The notes under the pieces were generated by a model that was given only the letters and a program-made list of their open reading frames with translations, had not been told where the DNA came from and searched no databases. A program made the translations under genes and the position numbers. A stretch of DNA of 63,969 bases, the filler included, from Folioceros fuciformis (taxonomy: Eukaryota): assembly GCA_049999805.1 (NCBI GenBank). It is 7 parts of 7 records of this genome, joined end to end, with 100 filler letters (N's around TTAATTAATTAA, not from the genome) between each part and the next. Parts side by side here need not be neighbours in the genome. Positions count along the whole stretch, not along the records: positions 1 to 29,867 come from JBNGIO010005894.1; 6 more parts are not named here. One strand, given 5' to 3'. This document shows positions 1 through 10,241 of this stretch, piece after piece (the stretch's first letter is position 1; the number at the start of each line of letters is the position of its first letter).

Positions 1-268
1 GAGGTAGGGTGTGTTGCATTTGTAGCAATTATGTAAACTCTCGTCTGCTTTCAACGATGCTTGACAACTCTGTGGGCATAAACTTTAAGTGGCTTTTTGC
101 TGTTGTATACAAAGAAGCTCCAAGCGATCGGCTGGTTATGGGACTGGTCAATACCCGCAGAACCAGATGCACATGTCAAGGCAGACCCCGAGTCAGTCCA
201 TCGCCTTTCTCACACCTCGCATCTTTCCTTCCCTTCTCTCCTTCCACTCCCAAGCAAAAACGAGTTGA

Positions 269-2614
269 TTACAGATCCCGTCTGTAATCTGACCCAGTGG
301 TTCGATGTCGGACGTGCTCCATGTCACGACCACGTTTCCCGTGGCCAAGTCGAGGAGAAAACCCACCAGAGTCGCCACCGCCATCCCATCGGTCATACTC
401 GTCAACTCGCTGGCTGCTGATGGCAGGGCCAGATTTCTGTGGATCTGCTACCACCTGGCGAACAGCTCTCTCCTTCTGGCGGTTCTTTTCGCGCCAGTCG
501 TATGTATCCTTTGAGCAGTCAAGGTCCTCCCTCCGCACCTTCGATCTCCGTCCAGCATGATCCTCCAGATTTGTCCTCAAAACCCCTTCTGCTTTCGTGT
601 GTCTGGACTGCCCAGAGCCCTTGTCAGAGGTTCTAAACTCCGGGGGATCCCGCGTCTGGCTCCTGTTTGTGTTGTCTTCACGCAAACTGCCACTGCCACT
701 GCCACCCGAATCACTATTTTCGCGCGTCTCCTTTCCTGTCTTCGCCCTCTTGGGTTTGTCCCTTACGTCCCGCATATCAATGGGCACCCTGTCGTAAGTT
801 CTAGGCTTAGGGGCATGATGTTTCGAGCTCCTGCTTTTGACGTCTTCGCGCAAGCTGTTGTTGCTATCTGAGTCACTAGTTTCTCGTTTCTCCTTTCCTT
901 TCTTCTCTCTCCTGTTTCTGTCCCCTACATCTCGCGAATCATCAGACTCCCTGTCATGAGTTTTGGACTTCGGGGCATGAGAGTCATTCCGCTTCGAGGT
1001 CCTCCTTTTGACATCTTCACACAAACTTCTACTGCTGTCCGCATCACTGGTTTCGCATGTCTCCTTTCCTTCCTTCTCGCCCCCTTTCTTGTTCCTTGCA
1101 TTTCGCAAATCCTTGAATTCCTTGTCGTAAGTTCTGTACTGCGGGGTAGGAGGGTCATTCCGCTTTGAGCTCCTGCTTCTAACATCTTCACGGCAACTGC
1201 TACCACTATCCGAATCACTAGTTTCTCGTCTCTCTCGTATCTTCTTCTTCCTCCCGCTTGTATCCCTCACAACTCGCAAATCTTTGGACTCCCTTTCAGT
1301 GCCATAAAAATGTCTACCCACAAGACTGCCGTTGCGCTTCTGCTTGTTGATGAAGGTCTTGTCATCATCCCTTGCAGTGTCAGTTTCATGAGTCCGTTCC
1401 TTTGCATGACTGTGTCCCTTATCTCCGTCGCGGCTCATCTGAGGGTCTGAAAGGCATATTTTACCCTTACTGCTCAGGGCCCTCTCAGCATTCCACCCTA
1501 TATCAGTCTTTCGATCATGCTCTCTCGAATGACGACTCCTATTGCTTCTCACTTTGCTCTTGGAACTGAAAGCCCCGTCATCGTTCCTTGCTCCACCAGA
1601 TACACGAATCCGTTTCTTAGCATGCCGACCCTCATCGGTGCTCACCTCAGAATCTGAAAGGTCTGCCTTCCGCTTCTTGTCTCGTATGATGTGTCGCTTC
1701 CCTTCTGGATGTCGCTCTCGCTTCTTCTTGCGTTCTTTAGAGACCATGGCCAGAACATCCGGAACCTCAGATCCAGCAAGGAATCCTCCATACTCATCGA
1801 AAATATCTGTGGGGATAATTTGCTGGTTTGGGTCGTCGGGTCTAAATCCACCTCTTGCAGGACTGAGACCACCCGGCAGCTGCTTCAGCTCCCACTTCAG
1901 TGCCTCATTGCCACTTTGGGCTATGATGATGTTCAATGGGTCATCTCTAGCTAAACGGGCCTCTTCGCTAGGCATAACCACATCTCTCATAGGGCAATCT
2001 CTGTCCCCACTTTGATGCCCAAAAGCACCACATCTGGCGCACTTCACATTCCGTATCTCCACAGCAAAAGGCTTCACCCGCCCCGGAGCCCCGGTGTCAA
2101 ACCGGGGCGCATTCTTGAGCACTGCAAACTCATCCTCAGTAGCCAGCGACATCCCAAACACATCCTTAACCCTGCCTCTCTTTCTGTCCATTTTGCCCTG
2201 CCCATCTTCAGCCGTGTCAGATTTGGAGGAGCTAGCTTGAGGATCGGGCAAGAGACCCAGCTTCTTCCTTTCGTCCGCAATCTCTGCTGCCCGAGCACTC
2301 TCTGCATTATACCCCGGTGGCCTCATGTACATGAAGCTCACTGCCTGCATAGCTTCCACCTTCTCCTTCTGCTTTTTGGACAACATAGAAGTCTGCTGGA
2401 AGAACTCTTGCTCCTGCGCGAATTCCTTGGCAACCTCTGTCTTCTTGTTCTCTTGCCTTGCGTGTGTCTGCTCCGCAATCCATTTGCGCCGCTGATTGGG
2501 GTACGAGAGCGGGTGCCATGGCTTCTGATTCAAATAAGAGTGGCTCCACGCTGTCCCAGATATCTGCTTGTACTCCACCTCCACAGGCTTGATCTGCTGC
2601 TTGCGATGCTTCAT
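269..2614 (-). CDS. CBF1-interacting co-repressor (Cir_N) domain + CCHC zinc knuckle protein, intronless, 781 aa, with a long R/S/D/K-rich tail
   Basis: N-terminal YLNQKPWHPLSYPNQRRKWIAEQ fits Cir_N; FMYMRPPGY; zinc knuckle CARCGAFGHQSGDRDC; single uninterrupted ORF. Confidence 0.85.
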   Translation of the reverse strand: MKHRKQQIKPVEVEYKQISGTAWSHSYLNQKPWHPLSYPNQRRKWIAEQTHARQENKKTEVAKEFAQEQEFFQQTSMLSKKQKEKVEAMQAVSFMYMRPPGYNAESARAAEIADERKKLGLLPDPQASSSKSDTAEDGQGKMDRKRGRVKDVFGMSLATEDEFAVLKNAPRFDTGAPGRVKPFAVEIRNVKCARCGAFGHQSGDRDCPMRDVVMPSEEARLARDDPLNIIIAQSGNEALKWELKQLPGGLSPARGGFRPDDPNQQIIPTDIFDEYGGFLAGSEVPDVLAMVSKERKKKRERHPEGKRHIIRDKKRKADLSDSEVSTDEGRHAKKRIRVSGGARNDDGAFSSKSKVRSNRSRHSREHDRKTDIGWNAERALSSKGKICLSDPQMSRDGDKGHSHAKERTHETDTARDDDKTFINKQKRNGSLVGRHFYGTERESKDLRVVRDTSGRKKKIRERRETSDSDSGSSCREDVRSRSSKRNDPPTPQYRTYDKEFKDLRNARNKKGGEKEGKETCETSDADSSRSLCEDVKRRTSKRNDSHAPKSKTHDRESDDSRDVGDRNRREKKGKEKRETSDSDSNNSLREDVKSRSSKHHAPKPRTYDRVPIDMRDVRDKPKRAKTGKETRENSDSGGSGSGSLREDNTNRSQTRDPPEFRTSDKGSGQSRHTKAEGVLRTNLEDHAGRRSKVRREDLDCSKDTYDWREKNRQKERAVRQVVADPQKSGPAISSQRVDEYDRWDGGGDSGGFSPRLGHGKRGRDMEHVRHRTTGSDYRRDL
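620..1290 (-). repeat. Four degenerate in-frame ~171-bp (57 aa) repeats in the CIR-like C-terminus
   Basis: RE(T/N)SD(S/A)...S(L/C)(R/C)ED motif recurs at about 1221, 1050, 879 and 717 (spacing 171, 171, 162). Confidence 0.8.
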
Positions 2615-2932
2615 TCCGGGAGCTCAGGAGAGAGCCGTGAGTTTCCAGTTCTGAATTACTATCAACCCTAATTTGACCCAACAGAAGTGGCCACTACCCC
2701 GTGAGGCATCAATACCCGCGGAACAATCGCTCACACCGATGGGCTCTTCCAGCGTCAACGACCCAATATCAATAGAACCTACCAAGGAGGCCTGCTTATA
2801 CCGATCCCAACGTACCAACCCACCTCGGAAATGGTAACCGGACCACCCCGCCTGTATGAAGAAAGGGACAAACCAAAGCAGGATACAATCCCTTGACAAG
2901 TGAGACACGACAGACGTGGCATGCAGTGTGCC

Positions 2933-3566
2933 TCAGTCCACGATTTCGATTCTCTGCTTCCCAGTTCCAGCAGGCTTCTTCCGCTTCTTCTCAAGCTGTT
3001 GCTGCTCCTTAAGCTCTTGAGCTAGAGACTTCAGGGGAGTTGCCACATCCTCGTTCCTCCTAGCTGCCAACAACAATCGCCCAACTGTTAAACAGCAGGA
3101 AACCCAGCTTAGCCGACGCACGGCGGACAAAGCATACAAACGTGACTAACCCGCAAGCACAACGTCATCCACGTGCACAATCTTCCTGCCTGCATGATGT
3201 GCAAACATCTCAAGCTCCTTTCCCAGTTGCTCTGCAAATGTAGAATCGATCAGTCCAGTCGCGGTGCACGTAGGGCATGAAATACTGGACTGTACAGGGA
3301 CCCACGGGAATAGCTCAAGGTGAGGTCGGCCAACGCAGACATAACCGGAGCAGATACTTCCATCTGATGCTTCACCGCTGCAGCCAGCCACGAGAACGTG
3401 ATTTTCCCACCGAACAAAAAGCAGTTTTAAAGGCTAAGACTGCTGAACGCTTCTTGCCTTCAGCTTCCGCAATTGCGAAGCAGGACAAGCGCATCCGGTC
3501 ATTGAGGCGCTGTGCGCGAGAGTCGAGCTCCTGGTCTTCTTCCTCGAACTCGTCCTCATCTTCCAT
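2933..3566 (-). CDS. MHF1: MHF1 / CENP-S histone-fold protein, 4 exons (3566-3458, 3377-3306, 3231-3151, 3063-2933)
   Basis: Spliced product ...LNDRMRLSCFAIAEAEAVKHQMEVSAPVMSALADLTLSYSQQLGKELEMFAHHAGRKIVHVDDVVLAARRNEDV... matches plant MHF1 (FAHHAGRK...DDVVL); frame preserved with a GC-AG first intron and two GT-AG introns. Confidence 0.92.
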
Positions 3567-3718
3567 GACTCGCAAGACTAGTTCAATTGAATTTTCCGGT
3601 TTTTAAACCCTAGGCCTTTGCAGACTGTCGAAACACAAATGGACTGTGGGGTCGCCTAGCCTCTTTGACAGTAAATCGAAGGACCCGGTGGAGTTTTGTT
3701 AGCGGGGGAGAAAGGGAA
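3567..3718. promoter_or_regulatory. Putative bidirectional promoter between MHF1 and Whirly, with a telo-box-like AAACCCTAG at 3605-3613
   Basis: Divergent ATGs at 3566 (-) and 3719 (+) are only 152 bp apart. Confidence 0.6.
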
Positions 3719-5350
3719 ATGGCGTCAGGGATGCATGTGGCAGGAACGTCGTTCTCGCGGGTGCGCCTGGCGTCCCCGTCGTGGTAGGTTCTCCAGCGTG
3801 GTGAAAATTCAGCCTTCGAGCTGAGCTTGAACGTGCGGTAGCATTTGAGTTGTGTGCTATCTCGACTGATTGCCTTGCCTTGATATAGGGCATTGTTTGG
3901 AGATCCTTGGAAGTTGTTTTCCAGAGCCAGCTCGGAGCGGGTGTCCGTCAGCCGTGGGCTTCACAAGACTGTGTTTGCCAGCTACGCTTCGGCATCAAAG
4001 GCATCAGCGTCAGCCCGGTTATCGCCTGAAAATGGTGAGAGAATCATAGTTAAAGCTGTTGTGCATCCCCACATCCTCCTAGGACGAAGCGTGCAGATGG
4101 CCACCATCAAAGAAGGACTCTTATAGTGTGCGACCAGGAGGCGAGCGGAAAGTGTACGTAAATCACACTTTTTATAAGGGGAAATGCGCGTTGGCAATGA
4201 GGCCACTGAAGCCGACATTCAGATTGATAGAAGTAAGCGAAACCTCTCTGCTGCACACCCTATCTTCGTGTGTGGCAGCTTTGACGACATTCGTCTGTCT
4301 TATACTTCTTCCACGACGGTTGTAGAACGGCGGGGCAGCACTGGAGAAGGAAGGGTGTATCTTTTTGGAGTTTGCACAGTCTACAGGGGTGCGGCAGTAT
4401 GACTGGAATAACAAGGCGGTAATGACTCTTTCAAGTTCTGGCACCAGGATGTCACTGCCTGTTGGAGTGCCACTATAGCCACTCAGGGAACATGCTACAG
4501 CTTGTTCGTACCGCCCAAACAACCTGGCGAAGTGTTTCTGAACACTTGTTGATATGTGCCGAGAGTGGCACTCGTGGTAGAGACTTATTGCTCCATGGTG
4601 CTGTTTTCCAGGTGTTTGCCCTCTCCGTGGGAGAAATCGGACAATTGATCTGCCTTGGTCCAAACGATAGCTGTGAATTCTTCCATGATCCGGGCATGAA
4701 AAGGTCTGGTCTACACCATACATTACACCCATGACTGCAGAGTTGTGTCTGCTGCTACCTGTGTACTCAATTCAGGCGTTTCCCGTTCATAAAGCTTTTA
4801 GCCTTTGCAGTGATCAGGAGGGGTTGGTGAGAAAGTCTTTGAAGATCCAACCGATGGCTGACAAGACTGGGTTTTTTTTCAATCTGAGTGAGTCAATGCT
4901 GGGTGATGGTTTTTCGAGCTCAGAATGTTGACGCTTATCTTGTCCGGGACTTTGAACACAAACATGCAAGCTGTTCCGGCTGTGCAATCTTGCAGACTAC
5001 ATGATTTATTGGTATCCTTGTGACTTTGATGCATGCAGCTGTGGCCAGCAAAAGTGAAGCTTCTGAGGATCGCTACAATATGGCCATCACCAAGGCTGAG
5101 TATTTCGTTATGCGCACTGCTTTCACTGTAAGATGGGGATCGGAAAAGTTGTGCTGTTCCAGCATTTTCTGGATGCTACAAGTTTTGTGTTTACAAATTT
5201 GATAAAGCTTTCAGTAATGCCCTGCAGTATACACTTCCAGTTCTGATGGGATGGCATGCTGTGGTTGATCCCTCACTGGTTGACGAACTCATGAGTTCGC
5301 CGACACCTGAGGGTATGGTCACCGATCGAGCCAAGGAATGGGCCAAGTAA
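3719..5350 (+). CDS. WHY: Whirly ssDNA-binding protein with organellar transit peptide, about 8 exons (core exons 4138-4232, 4326-4418, 4612-4703, 4811-4887, 5039-5127, 5228-5350; first intron boundaries uncertain)
   Basis: Spliced motifs VYVNHTFYKGKCAL, FLEFAQSTGVRQYDWNNK, VFALSVGEIGQL, SCEFFHDP, VRKSLKIQP, GFFFNL, AITKAEY, LMGWHA and C-terminal EW are Whirly-domain hallmarks; GT-AG junctions in frame. Confidence 0.93.
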
Positions 5351-6155
5351 AGTCATTGGCAATGCTGCAGTTTTTGGTGGTCCTTTGCCCTACCGTAGGG
5401 CGCGGGAATTTGGATCTTGTGAAGCTTCAAATTCCGTGCAAAATTTGGAAGCGCGGCAGAGAATTCTTTCATGGGCGGTATATTTTCTCGCATTAACGTC
5501 ATGACATTGCTCCGGAACTCCATATCAGGCAGTGGCCAGGGTTCACCTTGAGTGAGCTTACGGGATGCGTCCAGCAGTGACAGGTGTAAGAGCTGTATGT
5601 CTCTTCAGCGAGTGGCTACGCAATGGAAGGGCTGCAAAGGTTCTCGTTATCTCAGAGGCTTTGAAGACCTGATAGCCACTGACGGGCCAGAAGATTTTCA
5701 TTCAAAAAGGTCATTTGAAAACCGGACGTTTCACGGTCACTAGCCCTTGGAAATTAAAAAATTAGCGCATCCAGCCAAGGTGTACAATATTAAACAGGTC
5801 GAAAATTTGAGTCAGGCGGCTTAACTATAGCTGTGAGTGTGAGGGCGTGGTTTTCAATGGAACAACACCTATGTGGTTCGCGGTTTGTTTTAGAATGTGG
5901 CATCCCGAGCAATTGTGCAAAGCTAGGAGGGTATAGGATAACTTCTTACAACATAAGGCGCTCGAGACACTCTCTCCATATTTGTCTCTCCATATTTTCT
6001 TGTGTCTCATGTTATTTCCTTTGGTTGTTCCTTTTGCACATGGCACTTTCTATCTCTTTTTTAATAATAGAAAATAATATGATCTCACATGCCTATGATC
6101 CAATTCAAGGTAAGGTTCCCTAAGTATGATACCATCTCCCTATGTTATTGTTTAT

Positions 6156-6379
6156 AGGCAAGATCTTCCGAAGAACCATTTGCAACAAGGGTAGCTTCTA
6201 TGTTGTAAGAGGCAAGAATTTCCAAAAGATAGCTTTGCAATAGAGGATCTCTACGGCATACAAGGCAAGATTTTCCAAACATAGGTTTGCAACAAAGGAT
6301 CTCAATGGCATAAAGGCAAGATTTTTCAAAAATGTTTGTAATGACAAGGAAAGCTTTCAAAAGAATGCTTTGCAACAAG
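6156..6379. repeat. Degenerate ~52-55 bp tandem repeat (about 4 units) in AT-rich DNA upstream of the PEBP gene
   Basis: Recurring GGCAAGAT(T/C)TT..AA...TTTGCAA(C/T)A..GGATCTC. Confidence 0.6.
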
Positions 6380-6624
6380 AGTGTGCTTCATGACAATGGA
6401 AGGTCCTAGCTATGGTATTTTGCTTGTTCACAACCAACTTGCTATGATCTACTTCAAGGCCAAGCTTGTTTTGTGGTTCCTCTATGGTAACGCAATGGGA
6501 GGACGAAGGGAGGTTAAGCGGTTGTGCAAGTAGACTATATTTCTCCTTCTAAATTGACAAAACATTGTAATGTTTAGAAGGTATGATAAAGTCTGTTGAC
6601 CATCTAAGATGTTATATAACTGGC

Positions 6625-6633
6625 ACACGTGTC
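6625..6633 (+). promoter_or_regulatory. ABRE/G-box (ACACGTGTC) about 235 bp upstream of the PEBP start codon
   Basis: Canonical ACGTGTC core; an ABRE-like GCCACTTGTC follows at 6662. Confidence 0.35.
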
Positions 6634-6866
6634 GTAAACACCCGCAGCTGCGAAGCACGAAGCCACTTGTCCCACAGGCATGGTCGCAAGAAGGCATCCA
6701 GTTGTACACCTGGGTGCAGTGTGCTTCAAGGTCGCAGGGCCATCTACTTGGATGGAAGGAGTGAATCCTGACAGACTACTACCATTCCGTGAATTCTGCG
6801 TTGCGTCAGGAAAGGGTGTCGAGCAGGCCCTCGCGGCAGTGCAGCTAAATTCGGAGCGAGGAGATC

Positions 6867-7652
6867 ATGGCGGCCCCTATACCAGGTCCCATCACGGTGG
6901 AACAGTTCTGGGGAGCAAGGGTTGTCCCAGATGTGATAGACCAGTTTGCAGACAAAGTTCTGGAGATTCGAGTGCACTATGGTGAGGTAGAGATCGCCAA
7001 TGGAGTGAAGTTGCGGGTTGCCCAGGCTACACGCAGGCCTCATGTGGAGTTCCCGGACCGTGATTTTGGCGATCATCTCTACAGTTTGGTGACTGTTGAC
7101 CCTGACGAACCTAGTCCTGAGAGTCCCACCTTACGCCACTTCGTCCACTGGGTGGTTACGAACATTCCAGGCTCTACTCCTCCGAGCAGAGGTAGGTTGC
7201 TTAGTTACTTCCCTTCAAGGTCTGAAGCTCGTACCTGAATGTAACGGAGGAGACGTTCAAATCGAGACTGGTGTTGGTGTGCCGCGCGGTCGCAGAAATT
7301 TGGGAGGAGGGCCAGGAAGTGGTGCCCTACATGGGCCCTGCTCCTCCCATAGGCGAGCATCGTTACGTGTTTCTAACCTACCGTCAGGTGAGGACTTGTT
7401 GACTACTGCTGGACACAAAGGGCGCTTGTAGCTTCCAAGAGGACGGAAGTGATTCATGATTTAAGGTCATTACTACCTGCATGGTGGTTGCAGCCAGGAA
7501 AGCTGGATATCAAGGAACAGCTGGAACGCGAGAATTTCAACCTCAAGGGATTCGCTCAGAAGCACAACCTGGGGCATCCTGTTGCAGGTGTCTACTTCAC
7601 AGCCAAGCATGGTGACGATCTGGACTACTCGGAGAGGCAGGTTCAGCCTTGA
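6867..7652 (+). CDS. PEBP-family (MFT-like) protein, 3 exons (6867-7191, 7296-7387, 7494-7652)
   Basis: VVPDVID, LYSLVTVDPDEPSPESP, HWVVTNIPG, YMGPAPPIGEHRYVF, NFNLKGFA, LGHPVAGVYF; GT-AG introns keep frame. Confidence 0.9.
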
Positions 7653-8436
7653 CGTGTAGGTCTGGGAATTTTTTTTTTTGGAAACACGGAGAATAACAGA
7701 AGTTTTTAGTAAGGCAGCTTTGAAGCCCTGATACCAATTGTACAGAATGTACCTACGTGTACAGAAACGGAAATTCTTGAAACTTCAAACGCCTTGAGAT
7801 ATTCGGATGTCATCACAAGTAAACAGTAACTTGCTACCCTACCACCATCAGCGGTTGCGGAAAATCTTTCCAGGAAAGTCACCGTGTAACAGGTGTAGCG
7901 TTGTGGTGAAAACAAAGGCATCCAGCTTCCTTGACAATTAGATCACCAAGAAACTTGCGCGAGACTGCCCTCCTGCTGAACAGATTCTCAAAGTCACACC
8001 ACATTGCGACCAGAAGCAAACACCTGCACGTACTGGCATCAGCAGAGCTCCTGAAAACAGTGAACCCTTACCAGCGTCTCAAGAATTTTGTTGGATTGTG
8101 CATGCGTTTCCAGCGCATTGGGGCCCTCGCCTTCCGAGAAGTAACACGTTAGGATGCGACCAGACTCCACACAGGAGTGACTTCTCCAAATATCCTAGCT
8201 TCCTTCCCACTTTCCCCTTAAAGTCAGCCCGTGCTTATATCCTGGAGCCATAAATGCCATACAAACAGGCATATAAGAGGGAAGAGCTGACGAGAGAGAG
8301 AAGGGAATGCTGGGTACTCCCTTTCCCCTGAGTCACAACACAGTTGAATGACACATCAGTAGGAGAAGCACACGCTGAAACAATTGTTGTACTTAATGTA
8401 GGAGATCATACACACCTTGCACCGTGTCCAACGTGT

Positions 8437-9777
8437 TTACTCAAAGCTGCGTCTGGTTTCACCCGCCTTGTCTACCCTTCTGTCTGACCTACTGCTGCTG
8501 GATGTCTTGACAACGGACCTAGGTTTATCCTCGGTCTCTCTCCGCTTCGGCAGCCAGGTATTCGGATAGCCACTTCCCGCAGTAGCGGCCAGCCTTGCAC
8601 TGGACGCACTCGCTGCAGCTGCTGCAGCGGTAGCAACAGCCAGGGGATCCTTTGTCCCCATCTGAAGGGGCGCACCGGACTTGTCCTCATCCACCCTGTC
8701 CCACTTGGTCTTCTTGCTCCGTCCCTCCGTCTTGACTGAAACGTCCCCGTTCACAGCCACCACTGTAGCACTAGAAGATGCCCTAAACGAAGACTGCACT
8801 GCGACGTTTGCCCCAGAAAACGATTTCTGCCCTGCCAACAACTGCACGATGGGCTTCGGGCGAGCATCAAGCATGGCAGGCACAGAAGCCACAGTACCCC
8901 GCACAAACTGGCTTTGCTTCTTCTCCTGCTCCTTCCTCTTCAACTCCTTCTTCTGCTCCGCCGAAATGGCATCATAGAAGTCCCCAGCGTCATACCCGTG
9001 CGGATCAAACACCTCCGTCTTGAAGCAACTCCCTATCTGATCAATCTCCTGATGCCGCACAGCGCGCTGCAGAAAATCTGGATTCCGGTACCCCTTGGAA
9101 TTCCTCAGATCCTCGTTGAAGCTTCTCCCGCTGTTTTTGAGGGCAAGGTATTTCGCGAACTTGCTTTGCAACTCCTCCGAGCACTTTCCCGTAGGCGGAG
9201 GAGGCAGGAAATCATCCAAACTCCCCTCAGCATCTACGAGCGCGTTCTCACCCCCCGGCTTCCCATTAGCAGCAGCTTCCACGTCCCAATCCCGCTCACC
9301 CGCCACCGCCGGTCGCTCCCCGTCCTTCCCTGCATCATCCACCTCGACCAAAGGTTCCACGTGCGAGCCCGTTCCTGCTGCAACAGGAGCAGCCGCAGCC
9401 GGCGACCTCCTGGCCTCCTCCTCCAAAACTCCATTCCCCGTATCCAATTGATGGTACACAATTCCAGCCGCCGAGCCCTTGCCATCGTGCCCCCGGCCTT
9501 CGTTCTCGGGCGACAAGGCAGCCTCATCATGTGCGTAGTCCACAATCCCCCTTCCTTCACGCCGCACTCCCGCTCCCACAGCCTCAGCTCCACCGTCTCC
9601 TGCCCTGCCCTCCTGGTGCAGCACAACCTCAATCCCTGCCGGCTCCGTTTCCGGGGCTGCATCCGGCATAGCCTCGTCCTCATCCTCATCCTCCATGTCC
9701 GCATCCTCCTCATCCTCGTCCGCATACATGGAGAGCAGCGCTATACCCTCCCCCTTCCGCTTCACGGCCGCCGCCAT
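8437..9777 (-). CDS. SAP30BP: SAP30-binding protein (HCNGP family), intronless
   Basis: GIALLSMYADEDEE, IVDYAHDE, FLPPPPTGKCSEELQ, FNEDLRNSKGYRNPDFLQRAV..IDQIGSCF..VFDPHGY, KKTKWD; first ATG taken at 9777. Confidence 0.9.
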   Translation of the reverse strand: MAAAVKRKGEGIALLSMYADEDEEDADMEDEDEDEAMPDAAPETEPAGIEVVLHQEGRAGDGGAEAVGAGVRREGRGIVDYAHDEAALSPENEGRGHDGKGSAAGIVYHQLDTGNGVLEEEARRSPAAAAPVAAGTGSHVEPLVEVDDAGKDGERPAVAGERDWDVEAAANGKPGGENALVDAEGSLDDFLPPPPTGKCSEELQSKFAKYLALKNSGRSFNEDLRNSKGYRNPDFLQRAVRHQEIDQIGSCFKTEVFDPHGYDAGDFYDAISAEQKKELKRKEQEKKQSQFVRGTVASVPAMLDARPKPIVQLLAGQKSFSGANVAVQSSFRASSSATVVAVNGDVSVKTEGRSKKTKWDRVDEDKSGAPLQMGTKDPLAVATAAAAAASASSARLAATAGSGYPNTWLPKRRETEDKPRSVVKTSSSSRSDRRVDKAGETRRSFE

Positions 9778-10241
9778 TGCTGCTGCCGAGCAGGAAGGAG
9801 CAGCTTGGGCGGAGACAGCGAGAACCAAAAGCTCCTCCGGGGCGCAGAGACTCAGAAATATAGTCGAGAGTGTTGAGCACACCCGAGCAAAGTTGTTGCT
9901 TACGGTTAGGACGTAGTAAGACACAGTTCTAACAACGAAATTCCATCACAGCGAGGTGCCTTCTCCATTGGGGAAGGAGTCGTTCCCCCTGGGCGTATCC
10001 AGTTGTCTGGCATGAGGGAATCAGGGGCGCGAGCGAGACCAGCAGGCTGAATGTGGCTGCTCTAGAGCTCGCACCGCGTCCACATGTTGGCAGGGAGGAG
10101 ACTTCGCGGCTTGCGTGGCTGTTGCAATGGTGTTGGGCTGCGCTCATTGCGGCAGAGACTCATCGCGCCTTCGTGTTATTGCGGAGACGGAGGTTGCATG
10201 GGAGCTAGAATCCGGGCGTGGTCAGCTGCCCAGAGGGTTCA

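Noticed and set aside
8914-9876. 320-aa antisense ORF, and similar ones such as 2012-2671 and 11573-12247
   Set aside because: Shadows of GC-rich real genes on the opposite strand; no recognisable motifs
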